A DNA stretch of 64,000 nt, taken from the NCBI GenBank assembly GCA_002269645.1, contig NIVC01002473.1:1-64000 (forward strand), given 5' to 3'. Source of the stretch: Macrostomum lignano (lineage: Eukaryota). The first letter of the stretch is position 1. Each line of letters starts with the position of its first letter. Of the stretch, positions 1-9,760 are shown piece after piece. The position numbers and the translations under genes are program-made. The notes beneath the pieces are model-generated. The model saw only the letters and a list, made by a program, of their open reading frames with translations. It searched no databases and was not told the DNA's origin.

Positions 1-1825
1 AAGTGCTTTTCAGCAAGGGAGTTTTCCCGTATGACTATCTTAAAAATTCAGACGTGCTGAAGGATGCCGTGCTTCCCAGCCAAGAGAGCTTCTACAATGC
101 TCTGACTAAGAGCCACTGCACCAACTCTGACTATGAGCATGCTCAACGCGCCTGGCGAGAATTTCAGGTTTCAAATCTAAAAGAGTACATGCTGTGCTAC
201 CTCGAGCTCGACATCAGGCAGTTGGCTGATATTTTTGAAAATTTTCGCAAGATCAGCATGCAAGAGGATGGCCTTGATCCAGTCCATTTTATTTCGACAC
301 CAGGCTATCATTCGCTTCGGCATTGAAATCCATCAAGTCAGGGATTGAACTGCTAACAGATGCGCAGATGTATTCGCTGTTTGAGCGCGGCATTCGCGGC
401 GGCATGTCGTTTGTTAACATCCACAAAGTGCAGGCTACCTCAGCAGCGGGCGCCAGCACTGGTGTTGACAGCAATGAGGATGTTGATGGTGGCACTCCTA
501 CTATTCATGCTGGCCTCACCGAGCTTCTTGCTGTGGATGCAAACAACCTGTATGGACAGGCGCTCACTATGAACTTACCAGTCGGAGGATTCCGTTGGCT
601 GGACGATGATGAGCTGCTTTTGTGGACTGAAGATCGCATTCGAGGACTCAAGCTAACCGATCCACTCGCCTACCTCTTTGATGTTGACCTTGAGTATCCC
701 CAGAGATTCACGAAACCACCGAAGACCTACCATTTGCACCGGAAAAGGCTGCCCGAATTTCAGGGAATTTCCTGAATACATGCAGCAGCTGTGGGAAAAG
801 GTCGGTACGGAGAACTCCACCTATCATCCGACAGAGAAGCTGATGCTCACTTGTCACGATAAGCCTTCCTATGTGGTTCATTCCTCTATTTTGGCGTTCT
901 ACCTGAACCATGGAATGCGGGTTAGACGCATCAATCGCATGATTGAGTTTCACCAAGAGCCTCTCTTTGCTGCCTACGTCGAGAAAAATAGCCAGAAGCG
1001 GGCTGCAGCGAAAACCAACTTCGAAAAGGATTTCTACAAGTTAAAGAATAACGCGCTATTCGGCAAAACTATGGAGAATGTGCGAAAGCGGCGTGATATT
1101 CGAGTCTGCACCAACGTGGAAAAGGTAAAGGTACTGCTTGCCAAGCCGACAATTACCAATTTTATCATAATTACTGATTCACTAAGCGTTTTGGAACTGC
1201 AAAAGACAAAATTAAAGCTCGATCGGCCTATTTTTATCGGGCAATGCGTCCTAGACTTTTCGAAAATGATTATGTACGAGCTGTTTTACGACAAACTGAA
1301 GCCCTGGATAGAGAACGATGGAGGTGTCATCAAGCTATGCGGTGGTGATACCGATTCTTTCTTTCTCTCAATCAGCAACATGAGCGTTCAGTCTAAAGTT
1401 CTACCGCTGTTGAAGTCGAAGCAGCTGCTCGACACTTCAAACTATCCTCAAGAGCACGCGCTATTCTCGAATGATTTAAAAGCGCGACTTGGCTGCATTA
1501 AGGATGAAGCAGCCGGTGCTCGCTTTGAGGAGTGGCTGCTCCTAAGGCCGAAGCTTTACTCATTCAAGGCGAGTAGCCAAGCCGCGGAAAAGAAGAAGGC
1601 CAAAGGAGTTCAAGGATGCATTGTTAAGAAAGAGCTGGCTCACAGTGACTACCTAAGGGTGTTCAATGAGCTCTGCAGCCATTCTGTCGTTGTTCATCGT
1701 ATTGCCAGCATCCATCACCGACTGTACACTTTGCAGCAGCGGAAGTGTGCCTTAAGCATTTGGGAAGACAAGCGCGCTTGGCTGAGCCCTAACTATAGTC
1801 TCCCATTTGGTCACATTCGGCTGCT

Positions 1826-1864
<39 letters not shown>

Positions 1865-1979
1865 ACAACAACAACAACAACAACAACAACAGCAACAGCA
1901 GCAACAACAACAACAACAACAACAACAGCAGCAGCAGCAACAGCAGCAGAAATCATCAAAACGGCGCCGACTACTTTGA
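1..1979 (+). CDS. polB: Protein-primed family B DNA polymerase (5'-partial; three apparent 1-nt frameshifts at ~306, ~698-701, ~743-746)
   Basis: Motifs KGVFPYDY, LELDIRQLADIFENFR, GIRGGMS, DANNLYG, KLKNNALFGKT, DTDS, RPKLY and KAKGV are spread over ORFs 3-326, 323-775 and 678-1979. Restoring single bases gives ISTPGLSFASALKS and EYPPEIHETTEDLPFAPEK. Confidence 0.95.
1827..1949 (+). repeat. CAG/CAA microsatellite coding Q11-R-Q29 at the pPolB C-terminus
   Basis: Read directly; in frame with polB and followed by KSSKRRRLL-stop. Confidence 0.95.
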
Positions 1980-2536
1980 AATTGAATAATGAGTACAACA
2001 AGCTTGCTAAACAAAAACAATAATTTCTTTGCGATTTCAAAGTTTCTTTCTTTGACATTGAATAAAGGTTAACCGCTAATCTAAATAGGATTTTTTCCAA
2101 ATGCAATAAAAACTTTGATCATCTGCTGAGGCTAGCAACAATTTTTTGCTTCACAATATTTACTTACAATTGCGCGATGATGATAATGAAACCAATGCTT
2201 CGTTAGTGGTGGTGGTGTTTGCGGTGATGGCATGTGAGAGTTTTATTTTTTTCTAATTTTACCTGTACTTTGTGGTTGGTTTTTTGAATCCTGATATTGC
2301 TTTATAAGTTTTAATATATTCCATCTGCTTTTGGACTATTTTTTCCTATTTTTGTAGTGGTTTATCTGCTTGCTCGTATTTGCTTTTAGCTTGCTATTTG
2401 TTTATCTCTACAAGATGTTCACCACTGGTTTTTCATTGCAATTAAAAATGAAGACAAAAAAGCTAGTGCATGAGAGAGAATTAATTTGAATATTTTAATT
2501 AAACAAGCCGCGATTTATTCTTTCTTTTTATTTATT

Positions 2537-3103
2537 TCAGTTTGAAAGCAAGCAAGCTAATAGGGAACGGTCTGATTGTAGCATATGCTTAGACTTTGCT
2601 CCGCTGAGCACAAATGAGCCATTGTGAAAAAGCGTACACTTGCAGTATTGAAGCTGACAAACTAAAGCAGTAAAACTTTCAGGTTCATATTTCGCATTCG
2701 GTAGCACTTCACAGAGGTTTCTTAGTGATAGAGCCTTGGGCAAGTCTATTTTTCCATAAGCAGTAATAGTCTTAATTCGGACACAAACGGATTGACGAGG
2801 CAGCAGTTGAGGCGGAACTCTGCGATGCAGCATAGCCACGAAGCGACGGGCAGCCTTGACTGAGGCCGAGTAGCTCCGGGCGCCACAGATACTCAGTTGT
2901 CCAGTCGGATAGAGCAACAGAGTCACTCTGGGATTCCGCATCCTCTTGATGAGCACTCGGGGCCAGACGGGGCGATAGATGACATGAGCCATGCTGAGAG
3001 CCAGTTCCCGCAGAGGCAACTGGGCACCCCTGCCTCCAGCCAGCCTCAGATCCACGCCGCCAACCAGATTGGTCACTCGCAGGGCTGTCGCAGGTGTACT
3101 CAT
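2537..3103 (-). CDS. TATA-box-binding protein (TBP)-like protein, element-encoded, 188 aa, intronless
   Basis: Two TBP core repeats. Repeat 1, TNLVGGVDL...LIKRMRNPRVTLLLYPTGQLSICGARSYSASVKAARRF, matches TBP QNIVSTVNL...[38 protein letters not shown]. Repeat 2, YEPESFTALV...CTLFHNGSFVLSGAKS, matches YEPELFPGLI...VLLIFVSGKVVLTGAK. Confidence 0.88.
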   Translation of the reverse strand: MSTPATALRVTNLVGGVDLRLAGGRGAQLPLRELALSMAHVIYRPVWPRVLIKRMRNPRVTLLLYPTGQLSICGARSYSASVKAARRFVAMLHRRVPPQLLPRQSVCVRIKTITAYGKIDLPKALSLRNLCEVLPNAKYEPESFTALVCQLQYCKCTLFHNGSFVLSGAKSKHMLQSDRSLLACLLSN

Positions 3104-3617
3104 TTAGAGAGTCCTTTCTGTCAGTGGTGCTGTCTTTGAGAGCCTTTGAGTGGTGCGGGCACACCTCGCTTCTTAAGTTGATACAGAACTTTGGCTTCAG
3201 CCAGTTGTAGTAGAGCAATACATTTTTCACTGCACAACCAGTATCAGATGCTTGAATCAAAGGTGATCCCAGATCCTCTAGGTTGTACACCTGTCTGCCA
3301 AGCAGCTCAGTCAGAAAGATGGACTTTTTCACCCCGCTTGTCCAGGTGGGGCCGTAAGCAATGTTTAGAATGTCATTTGCCAAATGCATGTACGATCGGG
3401 ATCCATCTGTCCACTTGAAATGATGCAAATTCTTTGAGAGCTTTCTGTAATGCACCTGCATCTCAGGTGAGATTCGCTCCCATGAGAACGGAGAGGCGTA
3501 CACGTGATGAGTGATATGGTAACTGCCTGCCCGGACTTGGGCAATGGCTAGCTCCTTCACAACGAAATCTCTGCTCGATCTCTCGCGTGGGAAGCCTTGG
3601 AAGTCAATATAGTTCAT
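3104..3617 (-). CDS. Polinton accessory protein, possible DnaQ/DEDD-like nuclease fold; annotated ORF reads through to 2772 over the TBP gene
   Basis: IDFQGF...FVVKELAI...LHHFKWTDG...VYNLEDLGSP...CAVKNV is a pattern I associate with Polinton-linked proteins. The fold assignment is inference and the true stop is uncertain. Confidence 0.5.
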
Positions 3618-3657
3618 GATCGGATGGTTTCAAGATGCCTGATATCGGGAAGCCGAC

Positions 3658-4349
3658 TCAGTTCCCCTTCTTAAATAGTTTTTTCCTGTTCAGCTGTAGC
3701 CAAGCTCTCCCACTCCCGAATCCTTTAACTGTATGATGAGCAGGGGCGGCCTCTGGAGAAACAGCAGGTTTAGAAATTAGCTGCCTAACTGACTTTCCTA
3801 TGGCCGAAGCTGGGATGTTAAGCTTTTTATCTTGGAGCAATGAGACAAACTCACTCCAGCCCACCGGCTCGCTGGCACATTTCGAATCCCTCACGGCACT
3901 GTGAAACAAATCCAGGATGTTTGAGGAGGGTATTGTCTTCCCACAAATTTGCGCCTCGCCATTTTCGGACACCCGAATCAGAGAAGGATTGCCAGATAGG
4001 ATGGCCCATAGACTGCGGGCTCTCGCTTTAAACTTCTGCGGCACGGATTGGGTGATCTTTTCCCCCAGCTGCTTGGTGCAATATCAGTTTTCAGCATCTT
4101 TGCATCACTCGCAGGTACCGCATCATCCTTTCCAGTCCGCTTGCGCTTGGCCAGCAAACTCTTCATCGCATCATGGTACATGGCAGCTTTCACATCGTCT
4201 GGGCAATCCTCGGCAAGCAAAATATCATTGCATTTCCTCTGCGCATATCTCACAGCAGTGTCGAGTTCAGACTCAACTGGCTTCAAATTCTGTGTGAGCA
4301 TGTCGTATTCTGACTTGGGGATCAGAACCATTTCTGAGAACTTATTCAT
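3658..4349 (-). CDS. Conserved Polinton protein of unknown function (one frameshift near 4080)
   Basis: N-part MVLIP...DILLAEDCPDDVKAAMYHDAM and C-part KARARSLW...GEAQICGKTIPSSNILDL...PVGWSEFVSLL...NIPASAIG resemble a recurrent Polinton gene; the halves join as KQLGEKITQSVPQKFKAR. Confidence 0.65.
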
Positions 4350-4689
4350 TTTGTTTCTTTTTCTTCACTAGCTTTATTAGAATGTAGAGAATTTTGATAA
4401 AACCCGTATTTAGCAGATCCGCAGCTCTTCTATGTGTAGAAATTTTGCGGATTATTTGCTTTTGCTTCACTAGCGCTGCCTTTTCAGTGAGTGAGAACGA
4501 CAGAGTGTTTTGCAATAGGTTATAGCAGGCCTCAATGAGAAATTCATGTACTGCTTTTGGACCCGCTCTGATCAACAGACGTTTAAAGCTGATGGAATAT
4601 TTCGGTGAGGCGAGAACATCAAACAAACTTTCATGTGAGTCGAATGTTTCCATTATCATTAGTGTTGCAGAATATAGAGCAAATGGCAA
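4342..4689 (-). CDS. Small conserved Polinton protein (putative structural/membrane-associated)
   Basis: LLIRAGPKAVHEFLIEACYNLLQNTL...KQKQIIRKI...GFI resembles the small gene commonly found next to the ATPase; it overlaps the next gene by 8 nt. Confidence 0.55.
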   Translation of the reverse strand: MPFALYSATLMIMETFDSHESLFDVLASPKYSISFKRLLIRAGPKAVHEFLIEACYNLLQNTLSFSLTEKAALVKQKQIIRKISTHRRAADLLNTGFIKILYILIKLVKKKKQNE

Positions 4690-4706
4690 AATCTCGGCTG
4701 TTATTC

Positions 4707-5359
4707 TTAAGTGTAAACCAGGTGGGGTCGCTGATTGGGCAGGATTCGAGCCCGGACCCGCAGCTCATCAGGGGTGGAAGGGTGAAAATCCAGGAGCAGG
4801 TAGGCTCCCCTGCCGTGCGATGTCACGTGCTTGAACACTGACAGCAGAAAGCCGGGCTTCTCAGCAAAACACTGCCTGCCCAGCGCCGCAATCTGCAGCT
4901 GGTCTCTGGGTTCTTCATGATCACAAAGTACATCGCATTCAGACTCATTGTTCGCAACTCCTTCCCTTTAAAAAATACATTTTGGGTCAGCATAACCAGA
5001 AAGCAGGGCAAATGATGGGCAATTCCAGTGAAAACATTTCGCATTGCAGCAGAATTGGAAGTTTCTTCAATCAGGTCATCAAATACAACCAGGTCATTGG
5101 GTCTCAGTGCGGTCTCGATACTGCTGGGAAATCCCTGCTGCAAGTGCACGCCGAGACTGCTGAGCTCAGAGTGTGCTGCTTGTGAAATTCCGTAGTACCA
5201 CAGAACTCTCCCAGGCTTCACATCAAACATGACATCCTTGTATTGTATCAGATGTTTCACGAAGGTTGTCTTTCCTGCATTTGTAGGCCCGCTGACAATC
5301 ATGCAGCTTCCTTGTCGCAGGCGCACATCATAACAGTTTATCCGCTCACGTGTTTCCAT
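4707..5359 (-). CDS. A32/FtsK-like genome packaging ATPase (1-nt frameshift at ~4908-4910)
   Basis: Walker A SGPTNAGKT, Walker B LVVFDDL, AHH, LTQNVF and RTMSLNA. Adding one C gives KNPRDQLQIAALGRQ...AYLLLDFHP...ELRVRARILP...VYT-stop at 4707. Confidence 0.93.
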
Positions 5360-5392
5360 CGCCTGTTGAGCTAAATCCTTGATTTTAAAAGT

Positions 5393-5911
5393 CTAATTAA
5401 ATTTATTTTTTCTTAAGCAACTCTCAAACCTTTGCAGAATTCTTTCATTCAAGTGGCTCTGCTGATTTGCATGGAGGTGCCGCAGAACCCACTCAAACGA
5501 GCGCTTGAAACGAAACTTTTGATAGGCAAACAAGAGACAGAACAAACCGCATTTAGCAGAGTTGCAGCTCTGAATTCGATTCACATTGCTACGTAAGTAG
5601 AATGGAGAATACCAAAAGGATTTCAGTGCTCTGTGAATGATCTCTAAAGTGCTTGAGTCCCAGCCCAGAGAGTTAAAGAGTTCTATGGAATTCTCCTTAT
5701 TGGCATAACAAACCACCCAGTGACCAAAGGACGAGCCGTACTGAAGCAGAAAGAAAATAAACCTACATCGAGATAAATTTCTTTTGAGAGTTGCTCGCTG
5801 AATAAAGTTTAAAGCATAAGATGTTTTATTTATTGAATTCAAGACAATAATTAAATAGTTATTTTGTGGCAAAAAGCTTTTAGCCAGTTTAAGCAGTTGA
5901 AAAGCATCCAT
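5393..5911 (-). CDS. Adenain-like cysteine maturation protease
   Basis: GHWV (His), ELFNSLG (Asn at the usual acidic position) and IQSCNSAKCGLFC (oxyanion Gln, catalytic Cys). Confidence 0.9.
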   Translation of the reverse strand: MDAFQLLKLAKSFLPQNNYLIIVLNSINKTSYALNFIQRATLKRNLSRCRFIFFLLQYGSSFGHWVVCYANKENSIELFNSLGWDSSTLEIIHRALKSFWYSPFYLRSNVNRIQSCNSAKCGLFCLLFAYQKFRFKRSFEWVLRHLHANQQSHLNERILQRFESCLRKNKFN

Positions 5912-5934
5912 ATTAGCGTTGCGCCAGCGTACTC

Positions 5935-7217
5935 CTAGGATGGAAAATCTAGCAGAATCTCCCTGTGCTTCGTGACCTCAATCAGTGAGTCATACAGGCA
6001 CATAACAATCAGAGATACAGGCTCCTCCAGGGCCTGTCGGAAGCGAATCTCCAGCCGCAAATTTCCCTCCTTCTGTCCGTACCACAGGGCCGCTCCCTCA
6101 GGCGTGAGATCGAATGCGAAAGCTGTGTTGCCGTTGGAGAACAACTGGTAGGGGACCCACGGAACCGAGTTGGTAGGGCTGGCAGACTGACAGCTTTTCA
6201 GGTAGTGCAAGTACTCTCTCACGAATGAATTATTCTCAGGTGCAAATGCAGCGTGGCACATGGCTTCACCACCTTTCTTTAGTGCTAGCTGGCTGAGGTT
6301 GAAGCTCTGGAACTCGAAGGGGCTGGAATGGTGATGGCCATTGAAGGCTCGGTGGTTCACGAAGACCAGCATAACGAACTTCGGCAGTTTGCCATGGGTG
6401 AATCCTTCAATGTTTTTTGACTGAATTCCCTGGGTAGAATGAAGTTTTGCATTTCGGTTCGCTCGATGGGGTAAAGTGCGTTCTGATTGGTAAGTCCCTG
6501 CTCATGCGCTAGGCTGATGTGAGGCGCCACTTTGACTCGGCGCAGGTTCAGAATACAATGGGAAATTTCAATTCGGTAGGCTGTGTTGTTCTCATCTGGG
6601 GTTCGGATGGCAAATGCAGCTTCACTGGGCATCAGCTTGATGTGCAGGTGTAAATTGTTCAGCAGCAGAACAGGACACTGGAAGATGTCGCTGAGCAGCG
6701 GTCCCGCATACTCCACCCAGCGGGACTCCCTGTGTCTCTCGGCATGCCCCTCAGCAGCAGTTTCGGGTTCCAGGAATCCGGCGGGGTAGAAATTTAACTG
6801 CTGAGCATCGGATGAGCTCATGAGAGCTTTTAGGTAGGCATGGTAGGGGTAGAGCTGGTCTCCGCCAGAGACAATGCGCTGGTTGATGCTCACGATTACA
6901 TCTGAGAATGCCGTAGATAGGACAAAGTTTTCTGGGTGCACCCCACTGTCTCTGCGCTCAGTGACAACTCCATCGGCATTCCGAACCTCCTCCCTCATCA
7001 AAGCCCCGCCAAGCCGGACTAGGCGACAGCGAATATACAGGAATGAGCTCAGCAGATCAGTGTACTCATCAGCCGATGGATGGCAGTCGAATTCAATTGG
7101 TGAGTTAGTAGAAATAGAGTTCACGGGGTGAATATCAACATACGTTGATTTTTCAATAGCAGTCTGCAGCACGGGGGACTTGAACAAATCGAGTCTCGGG
7201 TTGAATCCGTAAGCCAT
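5935..7217 (-). CDS. Double jelly-roll major capsid protein (1-nt frameshift near 6400-6434)
   Basis: N-terminal LDLFKSPVLQTAIE...SPIEF...YTDL and C-terminal FNG...SPFEF...FAFDLTP...GNLRLEIRF; the halves rejoin as IEGFTHGKLPKFVMLVF. Confidence 0.9.
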
Positions 7218-7219
7218 TG

Positions 7220-7636
7220 CTATGAGAGTGAGTCCAGAACACGCTTCACAGTTTCTTTGCCCACTTTTTGTTTTCCTTTGCCTGTTTTCTTGGTCTGTGT
7301 TTTAGTCGTTCTTTTCTTAGGTTGCTTGCTTGTTCTGACCTTGCTCGTTTTGCGTGCTTCGCCACTTTTTTCCTTCTTCTTCATGCGCACCTGCTTTTTA
7401 TTCACCTTTTTAGCCTGTCCTTGATTTCCTATGTTTCTATTACTCGTACTATTGCTTCTGCTGCTACTGCTGGTTTGTACAGGCTTTGATGCTAATGATG
7501 ATGATGATGTTATGGAAGGTGCTGGAGGAGGCTGGTAAGTCATTATTCCAGGAAAACTCCCGCAGCCATAGAGCATGGACTTTTCATTTCCCGTCCGAGT
7601 CCCTGAATACTGCCGAATCAGCTGCTGATAGTTCAT
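7220..7636 (-). CDS. Basic, K/R-rich putative core (DNA-condensing) protein
   Basis: Lies between penton and MCP; has a Gly-containing N-terminus (LYGCG) and a very lysine-rich C-terminal half. The function is inference. Confidence 0.5.
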   Translation of the reverse strand: MNYQQLIRQYSGTRTGNEKSMLYGCGSFPGIMTYQPPPAPSITSSSSLASKPVQTSSSSRSNSTSNRNIGNQGQAKKVNKKQVRMKKKEKSGEARKTSKVRTSKQPKKRTTKTQTKKTGKGKQKVGKETVKRVLDSLS

Positions 7637-8442
7637 TGCATTGGTCTCTCACGTATCAGAATTGTGAGCAGAACAGGGCTGCCGCTATGAGCAGTCAGTG
7701 AGAAGCCAAAGATGTCTCGCAGTTGAACTCGAATGCTGTGTAGAAAATTTGTTTTCTGAATGGGGAAGAAAACTGTTTTCTTAAACACTTTGCTCCAGTA
7801 GCTTCCCCATCCGGCTTCAGGATTCATGTTCACAGTTCGCAGCAGGGAATTCCAGTTGCAATTAGTTGACTCCACAATGCTACAATGCACGTTGATCAGA
7901 TTGGTGGGCGGGCAGCCAATGTGGTACATGGAAACTTGGCGCCCAGGTGGAATTTTCACGGACTGATTTCCGAATCCCAGCCACTGCAGAATTTTACTTG
8001 ATGGAAGGAATAATTCTGCTCGAGCCGTGTTGTTGAGCACTACCGTTCTCAATTCTTGGATCTCAAACTTTATGCCAATATCTCTAGCGCTGCTCCGCCC
8101 CATTAAACCAGACTCATCAGCCTCCATTTCAGACTCCCTCTCACTCATTGCATCGAAGAACAGTGACTCAGAGTTGGCCAGCAGCTCATTCATGCGCTCC
8201 ACCAACTCCTCCACTCTAGCAAAGCGTCCGGGTTGAAGAACCAAGGCCTCATGCTCTCTTCCATCTGAGACAGTGAAGCAGTAAGGCTCGTCAACATTGA
8301 ACCATGCAGCAGGCAGATGGATTTCAGCCAGACCTGCCTCATAGTCCACATTTCGATCCAAGTAAATAGGTGAAGGCAGGTGAAAATGAAAGTCAGCAGG
8401 AGTACCTTCAGCATTTTCGCTGTTAATGATGATGCTTCTCAT
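7633..8442 (-). CDS. Minor capsid protein (penton, single jelly-roll); likely ATG at 8442
   Basis: DFHFHLPSPIYL...YEAGLAEIHLPAAWFNV at the N-terminus; INVHCSIV...LLRTV...SIRVQLRDIFG at the C-terminus. Confidence 0.8.
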   Translation of the reverse strand: MRSIIINSENAEGTPADFHFHLPSPIYLDRNVDYEAGLAEIHLPAAWFNVDEPYCFTVSDGREHEALVLQPGRFARVEELVERMNELLANSESLFFDAMSERESEMEADESGLMGRSSARDIGIKFEIQELRTVVLNNTARAELFLPSSKILQWLGFGNQSVKIPPGRQVSMYHIGCPPTNLINVHCSIVESTNCNWNSLLRTVNMNPEAGWGSYWSKVFKKTVFFPIQKTNFLHSIRVQLRDIFGFSLTAHSGSPVLLTILIRERPMQ

Positions 8443-8472
8443 AATTGGGAATGGCTGCACAATGTCGGCATC

Positions 8473-9540
8473 TTACACTTTTCTTAAGTCCTTCTCATCC
8501 ACCCAGTCAGTGGAGTCGTAGCCGGCCCACTTGACCAGATATCGGATCTTTCCCTGCCGCTTCTCAGTCTTCAAAATCTTTTCAATCACATACAGCCGCT
8601 GCGACTCCGGAACGGCCTGCAGTTCATGCTCGTGAAAAAGCCCACGAATCTCTTCTCCTTTCATGTCTTTTATCTTGTACATGTAGGGATAATGCTTTGG
8701 AGCTCTGGACACCACCGTGTACACTTCTTCGCTCCAGTTGGCCTTGTACCCTTTTCTAAAAAGCCTGGGTGCATTGGAAATCCGCACAGACTGGTTTTCG
8801 CTGAACTTTGGCTTTCCCAGCTTTTCCACAGTTTCAATCGCTTTCCCGTCATATAGGCTCATCCAGACCTCGGACTCGTTCTCCTGGCTGACATTCGTTG
8901 GGGCCATTCGTATGCTTCTGTGGTATGTTTTGTTGTAGGACTTCACTAGCTTAGGCAACACATCAAGCCAATGCAGAGTGCTGTTGTGAGTGAAGTAGCG
9001 CCACATTTTGCTCTTTAAAGTTCGGTTCCATCGTTCAATGACAGCCGCCTTCTGCTCACTGTTGGTTGGGAATGCCAGGATTCCCCTTTCCATACAGCAT
9101 TGGCGAAAAGTAGAGTTGATAAACTCTTTCCCCTGATCAGTGCGAACAGTGCGCGGTTGCCGCTTTGAACTTCTTAATATGCTCTCGAATGCCGACTTCA
9201 CTTCAATAGAAGACTTGTTCTTTAATGCCCTCGCCCATCCGTACTTGGACAGCACATCAATGCATGTTAGAATATACCTGTAGCCGTTATTATACTTGGA
9301 AAAAGGAATCATCTCCACCAGATCCAACTCCCATTGGTCATCAATACTTCGAACTATGATTGGGGCCCTCGGATAATTCCTCCTTGCTGGCTTATGTAAT
9401 GTGTAGACTGTCTGATCGTTAAGCCAGTTTTTCGCAGCTTTTTCACTCACTCGGATACCCTGCGTGCGAACTTCATTAATAAATTTATTGCAGCCAGAAA
9501 AGCTTGCTGGCTGCTCAGGGTTAAAGTAAATCTTTTCCAT
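8473..9540 (-). CDS. Retroviral-like (rve) DDE integrase with C-terminal chromodomain
   Basis: WELDL, IDVLSKY, TDQGKEF and IERWNRTLK; C-terminal YVIEKIL...YLVKWAGYD..DWVDEKDL is a chromodomain. ORF is uninterrupted. Confidence 0.95.
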   Translation of the reverse strand: MEKIYFNPEQPASFSGCNKFINEVRTQGIRVSEKAAKNWLNDQTVYTLHKPARRNYPRAPIIVRSIDDQWELDLVEMIPFSKYNNGYRYILTCIDVLSKYGWARALKNKSSIEVKSAFESILRSSKRQPRTVRTDQGKEFINSTFRQCCMERGILAFPTNSEQKAAVIERWNRTLKSKMWRYFTHNSTLHWLDVLPKLVKSYNKTYHRSIRMAPTNVSQENESEVWMSLYDGKAIETVEKLGKPKFSENQSVRISNAPRLFRKGYKANWSEEVYTVVSRAPKHYPYMYKIKDMKGEEIRGLFHEHELQAVPESQRLYVIEKILKTEKRQGKIRYLVKWAGYDSTDWVDEKDLRKV

Positions 9541-9760
9541 TTTTAATTAGAGAAAAAATTAAACTCATTTCGCATTCTTAAGTTCACCAGTAAACTAGCA
9601 TAACTATAGAGAGAGATGCTTATTTTATTTTATTTTTAATTTTAAACGAGCTCATTTAATAGGACATTAATGAATAAGCTGAAAAAGCTGGATAAATAGA
9701 ACTGTTAGACATCAATACAGATGGCATAGCAATGTCCACGCATAGTCACTTAAAAAGTTA

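Noticed and set aside
2100-2480. Possible extra small Polinton gene between polB and TBP
   Set aside because: All frames carry stops; it looks like a convergent terminator/polyA region.
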